Below are positions 40,180 through 53,524 of a stretch of 64,000 nt of DNA, piece after piece. The DNA is from Octopus vulgaris (Eukaryota), in assembly GCA_951406725.2 (NCBI GenBank), contig OX597827.1, positions 57,908,001 through 57,972,000 on the forward strand, written 5' to 3'. The position numbers were made by a program, and so were the translations under genes. How positions within the stretch are numbered: position 1 is the stretch's first letter; every line of letters starts with the position of its first letter. A model generated the notes under the pieces. The model worked only from the letters and a program-made list of their open reading frames with translations, was not told where the DNA came from and did no database searches.

Positions 40180-41080
40180 TGTCTTGAGGGAAAAATTAGG
40201 CAGAAGATGAGGTATCAAACGGGATATGTGAAAAAAGAAGACTAAGAGTGAATGGAATCAGTGGAAAAGGGAAACCCAGGATGGTGCGGAATGAAATAGT
40301 GAAGAATGACCTCAAAATGTTGAGCCTCAGAGATGATGACAAAGAACCAAAATGAATGATAATATGCTGTATTTTGGAAGATCCATCCCTCTCAGCAAAA
40401 ATGAGGTGCTGTTAAGTCTTCCCCACAATTTATCTTCTAATACCCATCCCTCAATCAATCTTCTAAAATGCAGTACTACTCAGTGCTGCAAATGATATTA
40501 ATTATTTCCTACCACAGTTCCTTATCACCTTCTCCTTTTCCTCCCTAACCTACTTCTATTTTGTACACTTCCTCACACCCTAAGTGATATTTACTATGTC
40601 CACTTCAATCTCTGTCACTAATCATCTGTCACACACTTTTCACTCTACTGCACTCACCTACACACCCACCTATTTTGTTTCTCCATCCCTATTCTCTCAT
40701 ATTCATCTTGTACCTTGAGGGTATGCCCTCATCATCATCATCATCATCATCATCTCTCTCTCTCTCTCTCCATCCATCCTCATCTCTCTTTCCAGCAGGG
40801 GAAGCTGCATATTCACCTCTTCAACAAGATGACTGTTCCTGTCCCTCTACCATACATTCACATCCTTCAGTATTATACACTACTCAGTTGAGGGAGCCTT
40901 GTCTTGTGAGTATTTGGTGATCTCACTAGTACTGGTACACTGAAAAAAGTATCCACTACTCTGTTGTAGAAAGCATGCCAAAGTAGACATTGGAGCTTGA
41001 TACAGCCCTGTAACTTATCAGTTCCTGTTAAAGTACCTAATCCATGCCAGCATGGAAAAAGGGACATTAATTCATGATGA
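40180..41080 (+). mobile_element. RTE LINE 3' end (ORF2 C-terminus plus CT-rich 3' UTR)
   Basis: GKPRMVRNEIVKNDLKMLSL resembles the RTE C-terminus 'GRPRKTW.E.V..DL..L.L'. Confidence 0.6.
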
Positions 41081-41119
41081 GATGACATAATGCTTATATA
41101 AATGATGTGTGTAAGCATA

Positions 41120-41525
41120 TACTCTTTTACTCATTTACTTGTTTCAGTCATTTGACTGTGGCCATGCTGGAGCACCGCCTTTAGTCGAGCAAATCGACCC
41201 CAGGACTTATTCTTTGTAAGCCTAGTACTTATTCTATCGGTCTCTTTGGCCAAACCACTAAGTTGCGGCGACGTAAACACACCAGCATCAGTTGTCAAGC
41301 GATGTTGGGGGGACAAACACAGACACACAAACATATACACATACACATATATATATATATATATATATACATATGACAGGCTTCTTTCAGTTTCTGTCTA
41401 CCAGGCTTTGGTCGACCTGAGGCTATAGTAGAAGACACTTGCCCAAGGTGCCATGCAGTGGGACTGAACCCAGAACCATGTGGTTGGTAAACAAGCTACT
41501 TACCACACAGCCACTCCTACGCCTA
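41120..41525 (-). mobile_element. tRNA-derived CORE-type SINE, well preserved
   Basis: Reverse complement 'ggcgtaggagtggctgtgtggtaagtagcttg..ggttctgggttcagtcccactgcatggcaccttgggcaagtgtcttctactatagcctc'. Confidence 0.85.
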
Positions 41526-42488
41526 AGCAATAAATAATTAACAACTGATTTTCAAAAAGAACAGAATAATATATACCAGTAGTAATACTGCCCAGAGCAT
41601 GGTGTTTCTCCCAAGTATTTATTAATGCTTACACTTGAGTCTCTGAAATCAATTTTCAAAAACCCAAGAGGTTAAAAGCAATCATTCAATACATTCTGCC
41701 ATTCAAAAACTTGTGTTATTGTTGGGTCCATAACTTGAAATATATTATTTTAATCAGATGACATAGAAAATTCATTTTTTTCATAAACCATGTATGTGAT
41801 TATTAAAAGTCATGTATTTGTATCTTATGAATTAAGTGTTTGAATTTAGAATTTTTACAAAGTTTAAAAATTTAGAAAAATTGAATTCTTGTAACAAACT
41901 CTTGCTCAGCATATAAAAATATTCAGAAAAATATATTCACTAGTATTAATAATAATAAAAAAAAGGACACCTTTCAGTTCCCACCATCAAGAGATAAATC
42001 ATAGAGTGGAGTTTTCACCAACAGATGTCTTAAAGGCTTTGAGAATATAAATTATTGACAAGGAATGAAAGTCTGGTATAAAAGAAATAGCTTTTGAAGA
42101 ACTCTCAAGTTTGCATGGCTTAAATGAGGTACTTATGAAAGATGAACAGATAATAAGCATTAATGAAAGTTGACAGCAAAACTAAATTGGGGTGGAATGC
42201 ATAATGTAAGATAATTACAGTGAGATCATATTGCTACATTTTGTAAAAGGTTATTTCAGTAAATCCACAATGTCTTAATTTTTAAGAAATAAAATTGTTA
42301 CGCTTAATAGCTAATCAAATTATATCATTGACAAAAGATAAAGAAATTTAGTGAATTGTAAGCAATTTAATATAAACACTCTATAAAGATTTAAATTTCA
42401 CTTTAATTTCTAACTAGCACTAACACACTATCTTAAAGATAACATTTTGGTAGTGACATGAGCTATTATATAAAGAGAGATTATTTAG

Positions 42489-42709
42489 CCCTTTAGCATT
42501 CAAACCGGCCATATCCGGCCCAAATATTCTACTTGTTTTATGCCCAAATTTACCAGATCCAACCTTTCATACCTATCCCACAATGTGATTCTGAAAAATA
42601 AACAATCACATCATTGAAATCTTGAAGCTATGAGATAATGCATGGTTGATTCAAAACAATGTGAATAAATAAACATTACATCTGACAAAATAATCTGAAT
42701 GCTAAAGGG
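42489..42709. mobile_element. piggyBac-like MITE with non-canonical TTAG target duplication
   Basis: TTAG|CCCTTTAGCATTCA...TGAATGCTAAAGGG|TTAG; perfect 14-bp TIR. Confidence 0.9.
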
Positions 42710-42789
42710 TTAGTGTACATTTTTGCATGAGAATAAATGAGAAATACTCATGTAAGGGATTCCTCATTGGCTAGAAACATTTGTTATTA

Positions 42790-43190
42790 TTTAGCTTCAA
42801 TGTAGCCCTTACTGAGTAGATTTACAACAAAAGTGTTCAAGCAATTGCCATCTGTATATTCTCTTATCTCATCTTTTATACAGACACAATGTATCTAGGA
42901 TTGGTTAATCCAATGTTTTCTTTTAATATAGATAGGATGTAATGAAATTTGGCTGCCATTTCTAGCAGGTCAAGTGACCATGTGGAGATTACCTTATGTG
43001 TGTTGTTGTTTAGCTCTAAATTAACTCTAACCAAGCAGACTTGTGATGAAAGACTTTCCAGCCATAATTATCAGTCTATTTTTACTTTCCGGGAGTGGGA
43101 AGGGGTCTAGGATTATACTACCAGTGTGTGTCCTTCCCTGTTTAAGATTAGACTATGGTTTATAGAAGATATGGCAGTTGTTTTACTTCA
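42790..43190 (+). repeat. Two copies of an interspersed repeat (also ~35330-35450, 46195-46395, 63350-63420 reverse)
   Basis: Shared 'atttggctgc(y)atttctagcaggtcaagtgaccat' and 'cagccatg(r)ccatcc' motifs. Confidence 0.55.
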
Positions 43191-46100
43191 CATAGCCCTT
43201 ATCAAGTTAGTATTGTCAATCTCACTTAGTGTTTAGCCTGACTTACATACGCTTTGATAATTATTCTATACAAACTCAGAACATAAATTCAGGGCAGAAG
43301 TGTTTAGCAAAGAGTCTTAAAAAGAGTGATATGAATAAGCTGAATTTACCAATTCGTTTCACAGCAAAGAGTGACTTGTGATACTACTTTATTATATAAA
43401 CCAATGGAAATTATTTGCTTCAATACTTGGTAGCTTTTCCAAATGGTTACACTTTCAATACTAGCCTCGGCTTGTTTTTATGTTGCCTAGAGCAACAACA
43501 ACTAGAAAATGCTATAACTTGTGAAATAACAATGTGATTCAAAGCAGAGCCTTATTCAGTAAAAGCCAGGAAAATTGCCTTCACAATTAAAATACTAAGC
43601 GACATCAAATACTTTATTCATCAATGCTTATATGTGCCGGAAGCAAAGGAATATACTAGCAGTGTTTAATAAGAGGAAAATAGATATATTTTTGCAATCT
43701 CACTACACTAAAAGAAATTCCAAGAAATTTTGCTAAACAAAACTGATAAAATAGATTAAAAAGTAACTTTGCTGTATTATCTATAGACATTTTTTTTTTT
43801 TATTAAGAATAGCTTTATAGATAAAAAAAAAATTAAGTAAATTTTATTTATACAAAAATTCACCTGCCTAATTAGAAATGTTTTGCATGCTAGGCCAATA
43901 AGAATGTATTTTGAATATTTTCTGTAAATTTTTACAACATTTAGTATTTTAGCTGATATTTCTGTCAGAAATAGTATACGAATGATTGACTTTTGAGATA
44001 ATCCTGATCATTATTATTATTATTATTATAATGTCTGTTTTTCTATACTGGCACATATAGAATATGGTTTAAAACAAAATACAATAAGCTACCAATACAA
44101 ATATGTGTGGATGTGACAATGACTCAGTTTTACTAGCTGCAAAAAAGTAGGCATGAAATATCAAAGCATTCCAGTTATTACAGAGTATGTGCAACTGGAA
44201 TCAAACCTACTACTGTGATCCAGACAAGGAATTGGCTGGATAAATGACAATGGAATGCACATTTTCATCTGGTTGTTGTTAATGGTAACTGAATTGTGTA
44301 ACCATTTAAGACTGCTAAACAAATGAAAGAAGACCAAATTTGAGAGTCACTTTCAAGTAATACATCAACTACTTTTATATATTAAAGATCTAACTGGACA
44401 AGACTGATCTGTGCTAATTAAAAGTAATTGTCTGTTGACTGCACACCAGTCTCTACTACATAAAATATCACACAGAAAATTCATATGAATGACAACTGTA
44501 ATTAGTACCACACAGACATTCTATTACAAATCTGAAAAGGACATAGCACGACACCAGTAACAGTCTTTGTCCTCTGTTCAATAATATTTGCTTCATGATT
44601 TTAGTTTGATAAATATTTGTGGAGAGAATAGCTACCAAGAACTAAGCAAATAAATATTGGAGGATAGTAGGAAAAAAAAAAATCAATTTAGCCTTTACAA
44701 AGTAGACATGAAGCTATTAATGGTGATGTTACTAACTATACATTAATATATCATTTGCAATACATCTAATCTTTGCTGTCGTGGTAAAATAGATTTTAAA
44801 ACTATGACAATGATGGTGTATTCATAAATTTAAACTACAATTATTTTTTGGCTTTCTTGAATGCAAAGTTATATTTTAAAATGTATTCAATGAGCAGAAA
44901 ATAATATTAAGAATGAATAAATTATAAAGTCTCTCCTCAGCATGGCTATTCAGGTAATGTTAATAGTTCCTAGAACTACAAGAGCTGTGCTATGACTTCT
45001 CTTGAGTTTTTTAAAGAATAGATACAAAGCTCTTCAAATGTGAAGGAAAAAAGGAGAGAAAGAAAAGTCTTGAGAAGGTTTGTATCTACATAAAGAATAT
45101 AATCAGATGTGTTCAACTATGAATATTTGTATGGCTGCAAGCAAATGCTTGTAAATACATTTAATGAGTAAAATCCAAACTGAAGCAGTTGAAAGAAAAA
45201 TTGAAATGCTACAGCTGAAGTAGAAAGAAATTCAGCCAAGCAATATGCGGTGGTAGTAGTGGGAATGGAGCATTTCTTTAACAATACAGCTTTCAAGTTA
45301 TCGAAGCGAATGAACAAACATAATTGATTCCAGTGGCGGGAAACGTCCAAGTGAATGGTTGAAAGAGTATAGAGAAATAGCTACAAAGCCAAATAGAAGA
45401 GTTGGCAAGCAGAACTCCTAGTTTTTAGGTTCACTCACAACCATTAGACAAAACAGGATTTGAAAAAGTTGAAAATATTTTTTGTTTTGCAAACAACTCA
45501 AAGCATCATTTCCAACAACAAAGGAACACAGAAACTAAGCCGTTAAGCTACTGGGATGAAATATATGAGAAAAGTCCATAAATTCCAGCTGGGCTTCATA
45601 TTTTCTCTCTTATTCTCATTCCAAATTATGCTGAATATGCATTGTATATCTTTGAGAGTGATTGTGATATTTTATGCTAAAAATATTTAAGCAAATCAAG
45701 AACTACAAGCTAGTGATTATTTAATAATGAATTAATGGTTGCTTTTCATTCTTGAAAATAAATAAAATATCCATTATTCTTTTATTCTTTGGTGTTTCAG
45801 CCCAAAGGCTGTGGACATACTGCTGAGATATATTCAACTCCAGAAATGATTAACATAAATTTTTCTATGTGTAAGCACATATACACATATCAGAGTATGT
45901 TTATAAATGCTATGAGTGACCACATGTATATGTGTGAGTACTCACAAATGCATGAGCACACATATATGTATGAGTGTTCAGGTGTATAATTTTAGAGGAT
46001 ACAGGATATACAAAAATATGTAATAAATTAATCCCCAGATGACTGAAATATTTTTCTAAGTCTCTTTTAGAAAGTCTAACCAATACAGGTCTCTACATTA

Positions 46101-47991
46101 CCATCTGATTTAGTTGTGCTGGAAAACTATAGACAACTACTAGAAACTAATCAGATGCTAATTTTCTAAACAAAACTGTCAATACAAACAGTTGTTCTTT
46201 TAACTCCAGAGTAACCTTGTTTGAAATGACCTACAAGTGATCAAAGGTATTCTGGCCATGGCCATCCAGTCTTTTTATTCTGAAACTACATCTTGTTCCA
46301 CATCAACAATGCGTACCTTCTTTTTTATAGACAGTAGGGTGTGATAGAAAGATTTGGCTGGAATTTCTAGTGGGTTGAGCAACCACATATGAGAAACCAG
46401 TGCACAAGTTTAATGGGTGAGTGTGAAGTCTAAACTCCATAACAAACCAGCCAGCTTGTTAAAGTTTACAGTAATGCCTAGTTATGAAAGGTTGATCAAA
46501 TAAGCACTTGTAAACTTGCAAGAAAAACAAAAAAGTTATATAAGAGTGGGGAAGGGACATGAGGGGACCTCAAACATTTAAAATTAACTTAATAAGAAAT
46601 GGTGGTGTCGCTCCTTTCCCCACTCCCAAATTACAACAGATGGTTGTTCTAAGTATGCCAGTATCAGGCACCTAAAAACGATACTTTTATTATTAGAAAG
46701 AGTAAAATATTCTGTGAGGAAACTAAAAAATATGGTGTACAAAAAGGAAAAATAAATACCAAAATAGAGCAACTGCTGTTACTAGTTTTTATCTTAGGAG
46801 GCTCTCTGATCGTTTTAGCAACTGAGTCCATAACCAAATTTTTATGCCTTAGTATGCCACTACCAAACGTTGATCTATATACAGAATTTTCCACGAGAGA
46901 AACATATAAACTACCATATTTTCTTAACACATTTTTGTGGGGTTTCTCTTTTATAAATGCCAACAAAGCTGCAATAAAATATTGGCTATCACATTTTATG
47001 TTGATGTCTAAATTTGTACATCTAATCATCTAATGCTAACATGACAAACTTAAAAGTATGTTTACGAGATTTCACAAATGGTAGATGATCTTCTAACTAT
47101 TCCCCTCACCTTCAATTGTTTACAATTTTGTGTTTTCATCTGTCTACATTATTTATGCTTCAACTGAAAATCAGCCAGCTCATTGATTCTCTCCAAGTGT
47201 CATTTTCTCTCACACTTTTGGAAGTAGAAAATTTGGAATATACAGAGTGTGTTTATGTGTATAGTTAATGTTTAAAGCAAGTAAAGACTACAAAAATATT
47301 ATTTTAGCACAATGTTCTATGATCAAAAGTATTCTAACTGTGACCATGGTGTCCTATATATACAGTAGTAATGGATTCACCTATACTTGCATGCAAAATT
47401 TGGTAGATGAACCTGTGGAATTCTGTTATATATATACCAAATATGGGAATGTGTGTATGCGTGTGTATGTACACATTTGCATATCAGTGTAAAGCTTTTT
47501 TGTCAGCCTCTTTATGCTTAACAAAGGTCAAACTAAAGCATTGATATACAGAGATTGATAAAATAAGTACAAGACTAAAATGAGTAATGGAGTTAATATG
47601 GAGGTGGTTCCCCTCTAAAACCACATTAAAATTACCAAAATCAGTAAATGATCTTAAAAGGACGAACACATCTGTACAGCAAAGATATAGGACTAATGAC
47701 CAGAGTCACTGGTTGAAATACAGCCTACATTTCTATTTCTCGGTTTTTCTAAATGACAATAGTTTCAGTTACCACTTTAGTGTTGAATGGTTGCAGGAGA
47801 ATAGACATTCAGCAAAAATGATTTTGGTTACAGAGCTAATTAGAGAATGGTGAAATAATATACAAACGAACATCTAGAACAGATATGAATTATCAAAGAT
47901 GGAAAAGTAGCATTTAAGGTGGTAACAATCTATGATATTCAATAAATCGTGGTATAAAGCAAAAAAAAAAAAAGAAGAAAAAAAAACTTAC

Positions 47992-48112
47992 TTTCTCTCT
48001 CTTTATAAGTTGTGGATGAACAAATTTTCTGTACAAGAAACTGGATCCCTTGGTAACAGGAGATAACAACCATAGTACGAATACTATTTTTATTTCGTAA
48101 TAAAATGGAAGC
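47992..48112 (-). CDS. REEP: REEP1-4 subfamily gene, internal coding exon (121 nt; TB2/DP1/HVA22 domain, second hydrophobic segment)
   Basis: tatttcag|G CTT CCA...GAG AAA|gtaag. Translates (W)[40 protein letters not shown], close to REEP1-4 '[34 protein letters not shown]'. Size and phase 2/0 match my recollection of vertebrate REEP1-4 exon 4. Frame is not in the ORF track. Confidence 0.97.
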
Positions 48113-50247
48113 CTGAAATAAAATGAAATCAGATAGGGAACAAAATAAAATATCTTTCAAGGTAGTAGTTCAGATGAGATAAAAGAAATTCTTAATGCTT
48201 TCAAAGTATAGAATTGACTAGAACATCTGAAATTTTGTTTATAGTAAGAGACTAAAGTTGCTGAAAAAAAATTTATGTCTGCAGATAACTAGGTGTAAAT
48301 ATTATTTAATGCTTTTTTCTCTCTCTTTTTTGTTTTCTTTTTCCTGCTTTCTATATCTCTTTAGCATTATCTAGCAAATAGGATTTATATAGTAACTAAT
48401 ATTGATGTTTCCAACAGAACAAAACTAGGAAAACATAAGACATGGTTGGTACGAGTTGATTAAAATATTTAAGTACATTCTGATATGAAACTGTCAGCAG
48501 ATGTAAATTAACATTTGGTGCTTAACTAAGTATATTTTAACTTTATATACCCTAATACACCCAAGTTTGGCAATATTTTTATCTTGGCAGTTTATCTTTT
48601 CTAGCTTGCTTTATTCAATTACTAAAGAGACGTTTTATTAGCATAATCTACTAAAAAAAATCTTACTGCTGAAGATGCTTATAATCTTTCAAAATAATCA
48701 AGTACATAATTTTTTGGAATTCAATATAATACTCTAATATTAGACTCTGTTGTGTTTCTCATAAGAGGGAAAGGAATGGTATTTGTCAGTTTTTGGATGT
48801 ATGGAGGCTGGTATTTGTGTGTTGAGAACTGCTGATATAGTAAGGTGGCTCTCACAACTTAAAAATAAATGCTCATCAACATATAGTTTGAAGTTTTGAT
48901 TTTGATTCTTTTCAACTGCTAATTATGTTTTATTTCATTTGACACAAAACTACCTTAGATTACGGTACAAACTTTGTGTTTTAAAGTGATCTAAATTAAA
49001 ACTGTCTATCCAAGTTTCATGTTAATTTATGACCCCAAAATCAGCTTAATACTGACAAAGATATTTTCCAAAGTAATCAAAATAAAGGCAGTCAATTTCA
49101 ACAAGAATATGATAGCAAAAGAGTTAAACTTTTCAGTGGTCTTCAAGAAAAAATTGGAAATGGTATGCAACTGAGAATTATAAATTTTGTAAATTTGGCA
49201 AAATCAGAGTTCTACTAAGAAAGCTTAATTTCTATTCAATTTCACCCCAGATGGTAATTTTAAAATATTTATACTATAATTTTTTTTCATCCATTAAAAT
49301 TTTCAGTTTCCTCTGTATATTTCAGATTATATTACATATCATTTGTTATGAATTTTGTATTGAAAGCAAAATGTAAAGTTTATTTGCTCTTAAGATGGGT
49401 TACTTAGCATTATTCTCATCCCTACAGTTTATCCACAAATCTATTTCACACAAGATAACTGTTTGTTTTCATCTTTTGTATGTATTTCCTTACTTTTTCT
49501 TTTCTCTAGGCAAAAAATTGAAGAAAAAAGGAATGAAAGCAAGATATGTAAATTTATTACTTCTCCTTCCTCTGTTATAACATTAATTCTCAACATAATG
49601 TTTTTCTACTTGTGTATGTTTTTTTCTTTAAACTTCTAAAGTGATTAATTTGATTTGCTTAGCCATATATATCTTTTGTACAAAGAAACAATAGCATTTT
49701 CAAAACTAGAGAGAGGTTTTAGATGCCCTTTCTATGTGTGAAGTAGTTATAGAAAGAGAGACAAAGTGTGATATAAAAATATGTAAAGAAAATATTAGAA
49801 TCTAAATCACTTCATGAAATTTTCTGAACATATGAATAAAAAAAAAAAAAAGAGCAGGATATTAATCAAAATGGCTAAAATTTTCATTACTGAAAGCAGT
49901 TTAATTACAAATAAGAAATTTTAAAGCTAACATAAACTACTGGTAATTAGGAATAGTTCCCTGTACTTTGGGAGTACCAATAGATATAATTTCAAACCAA
50001 ATGGTTTTAGAAATACAATAAAAAAAATAAAAAATAAAAACGTAATACATTCGGAAAAATCAATAGTGGTATAATCTATTTTGTAAATAAGTGAACATTG
50101 TTAAAAGAGAATTGTTAAAGTTAGTTATTTAAAGTATTGAAGTTTATAGTTTATTTTTACAACTACTCAGGGACATCATTGTTATGGAGGAAGAGATTGC
50201 AATTCTCTATTGCTTCAACAATCTCTCTCCCACTCTTCATCATCATC

Positions 50248-50284
<37 letters not shown>

Positions 50285-50287
<3 letters not shown>

Positions 50288-50502
50288 TTTCAAATTTTGG
50301 CACAAGGCCAGCAATTGTGATGGCAAGGTTAAGTCGATTACATTGACACCAGTGCTCAGCTGGTGTTTATTTTATCGACCCTGAAATGATAAAAAGCAAA
50401 GTTGACTGTGACAGAATCTGAGCTCAGAACATAAAAACAGACAAAAAAATTGTTGCTAAGCATTTTGCCTGGTGTGCTAATAGTTCTGCCAGCTTATTGT
50501 CT
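50285..50502 (-). mobile_element. tRNA-derived SINE with (AAT)n tail
   Basis: Family match. Confidence 0.85.
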
Positions 50503-51568
50503 TCTTCATAATACTAAGACTTAACTTTAAAGCAAGTTTTATGCAGGTACTTTTTACTATTTTTTTTAATAGATATTGCAGTAAATGGGTATTAAAATTA
50601 ACATTAAATATGAAAATAAGAAAAGTGCATGTGTGTATACATGTGGAAGCTATGCAGACTAATTTTCAAAATGATAAAAAACAACAGAGAGAAAAAAAGG
50701 GTAGGCAAATCACTTCTTAAAGAAACTAGGCCATATGGAACTAAATAACTAGTGTGATGTGGATGCATTGAAGGAAAATGGACGGTAATCAGTAAGTATA
50801 GAAGACTTGGCTGATAAAGGATAGGTAGTATAACGGAAGATCAAAGGAGAAAGCATTTCAGAGCATTTATATTAATGGAAAACACATATATAATGAATAT
50901 TTATGAACATTTTAACTTATATGAAAGCCATGGGAAGTGGATCTGCCATGGAGAAAAGAGAAAATACTGTTAATGGGCATTTCAGATTTATAAAACTACC
51001 CAAGTGTAAGAAAGAGTATAAGCAAGGAAATGAAAACTAGTACTTGGTATTACAAAGGTTAGTAGACTGTGCTTAATGGACAAATGATTCAAATAAAAAT
51101 TTAATTATTGAAAGCGTATTGTAATTCAGACTTCTAGCCAGCATAATAACACATACAGGAAAAACAATAACAACAAAAGAAAACCCACAAGAAAGACAGC
51201 AGAGTGAATCAATAATTGAAAGGTACATTTCTTAATAATGTTTTAAAGTTTTTCTTTCCATTTTACAAAAGTGAGATTGTTTTCTGAGTATTTCTGTTCA
51301 AGAAATTATGATATCTACGGTCTTCAGGTACATTGGAATAAACATGCAAATGAGACAAAGGATTATATCATTTAATATCTAATTTCCTTTTTTTTTTCTC
51401 TTCTTGTATTTACATATATTAGAACTGTTCTGTATGGAATATGTTCTATTTTTGAAGTTATGCGTTTAATATGCCATTGTAATAATGAATAGCAAAGTTA
51501 AAAGATTCCTTGTTAGAGAACAAGTTGGATATACGCTTACTAATATTATTAACCTATGTTTTTATTAA

Positions 51569-51781
51569 CCCTTAAGCATTCAAATTACTCTGTCAAATTT
51601 AATGCTTATTCATTCACATAGCTTTGGAGTCATCATGCATGCTCTCGTACCTTTGAGATTTCAAGGATGTGATTGCATATTTTTAGAATGACAATGTAGG
51701 GTAGGTGTGAGACGTCAGATCTAGCACGTTTGAACAGGTAGAATATTTGGGCCAGATACGACCAATTTAAATGCTAAAGGG
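51569..51781. mobile_element. piggyBac-like MITE
   Basis: TTAA|CCCTTAAGCATT...AATGCTAAAGGG|TTAA. Confidence 0.9.
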
Positions 51782-53524
51782 TTAAGGATTATTCAGGATA
51801 CAATTGGAATTATATCAACATGCTGCAATTTGTCTTTAGGTTTATGATATATGCAATATTTTATCAGTAACAAAACTACTGTAGTTTTTAAAGCTAACAC
51901 TTTGAATACGTTGAAGTACTTCTTCCTGACAGCATCCATTGAGGTGTTCATATTGTGCAAAATGAATAGTCCATAACCACGGTAGAGACTGAATTAGAAT
52001 CTCTTCCAGTATGTGAATTTAAGTCTAAGATGTACAATTGTATTAATTCACAAACTGCAGCCCCAATGTATAAATCCCATGGTTACATCAAACAATACCT
52101 GGCCATTATAAAAAGAATTATCATAAAATAGCAAGAAAAGATTTCCTCGTATGCATAGCATTAATGTTAGAAGCACTAATTGGAATAAAACCTCTACTGA
52201 ATTCTAAAGCTTTTTCAATAAGTAATTGGACTACAGATGGGAAAGTACTGTATTATATTGAACTGTATAAATTTACAAAGGTGCTTATTATCTATGCTAT
52301 CAAGTCACTTGACAACTGATAATGGAAGAGAAGTTGCATGTTTAATGTTGAAGACCATAAAGATAATTTTCTTGCCAACCCCAAATATAGGGAAAATGTA
52401 ACAGGGGAGCTTAGAAATAATATTTCACCAGTTGGTTCAATAACATACATAATAAGTAAATTTATGCAGTTTCATACAATAGAATTCCAACCAACTGTAA
52501 CTCAATCCCTTCTTGAAAAAGCTTTAGATTTAGTAATAGTTTTATTGCAATTAATGGTTCTAATATTAATATTATTATGCATGCAAGGATATCTTTGTAC
52601 TTTTGCAATTATTCTTTTCAGGATTGGCCTGGAGTTGTTTGAAGTAACCTTGAGATTGTTCAATGAGGCTGAAGTTTGTGATAAGATTATACATCTTATA
52701 CTTACTTCAGAAAAGATTCTGCTACGCAGAATTCAGTCTCTATGAATTAGTAGGAAACACATTCATTTTGTTTGACCACGCATTGGATACTCTAAGGAAG
52801 AAATTCATCAACATTTCCAAAGAGTACAAGTTTAATGAGATACTAAGAATAGTTAACTCTGGATTTCAGTACTGGTAAATACTGGCATCATTGTAAACCT
52901 ACTGACAACTAGCAATATATTATAAATTCCAGCTATCTTCCAATAATCCTTGGAAACTTAATATTGGTTAACACATATCTGGATTATCCATTTTCAATGT
53001 AGCTTTTAGTTGTGCTAACCATTGTTACATCGATGTACTAAAAGACAATGGTTTTAGTTTCAAAGATATAATACAGAATAACGCTAAACTTCATAAACAC
53101 AAAAATAAGAAGCCATCTGAAGGATTGAATTTCATACACTCCTCTAGATAGCTTTTTCCAAAATCCTATAAATAAACCTTTCCTTGTGGATTGTAGATAT
53201 CATAAGATCTTTAATAGGAATAGTATAAGGGTGAGATACTGTTGCACCAAAATCATCACTGTTCCCACAACCAGCTCAAACACATAGAAATTTTTCAGTA
53301 TGGATAGAAAAACCTTTCTACATAATTGCAACAACCCTCTCAATAACATGTATCTTTCTAAAATGTTTGCTTACTGAGTTATGTTTCTTTTGCAAATAAG
53401 CGTGAAACAGGGGTGACTGGTAAACCTTTTAAAAGAAGCTTCACACAACATATGCATACATTCAGACATGCAGAATGATGACTCACTACTTCACTTTACA
53501 AATAAATCTGGAGTTTCATGGTTA

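Noticed and set aside
45040-45520. Coding-looking stretch
   Set aside because: Stops in all frames examined and no motif I recognise; possibly a decayed transposon
47939-48160. 73-aa minus-strand ORF in the track
   Set aside because: Wrong frame over the true REEP exon
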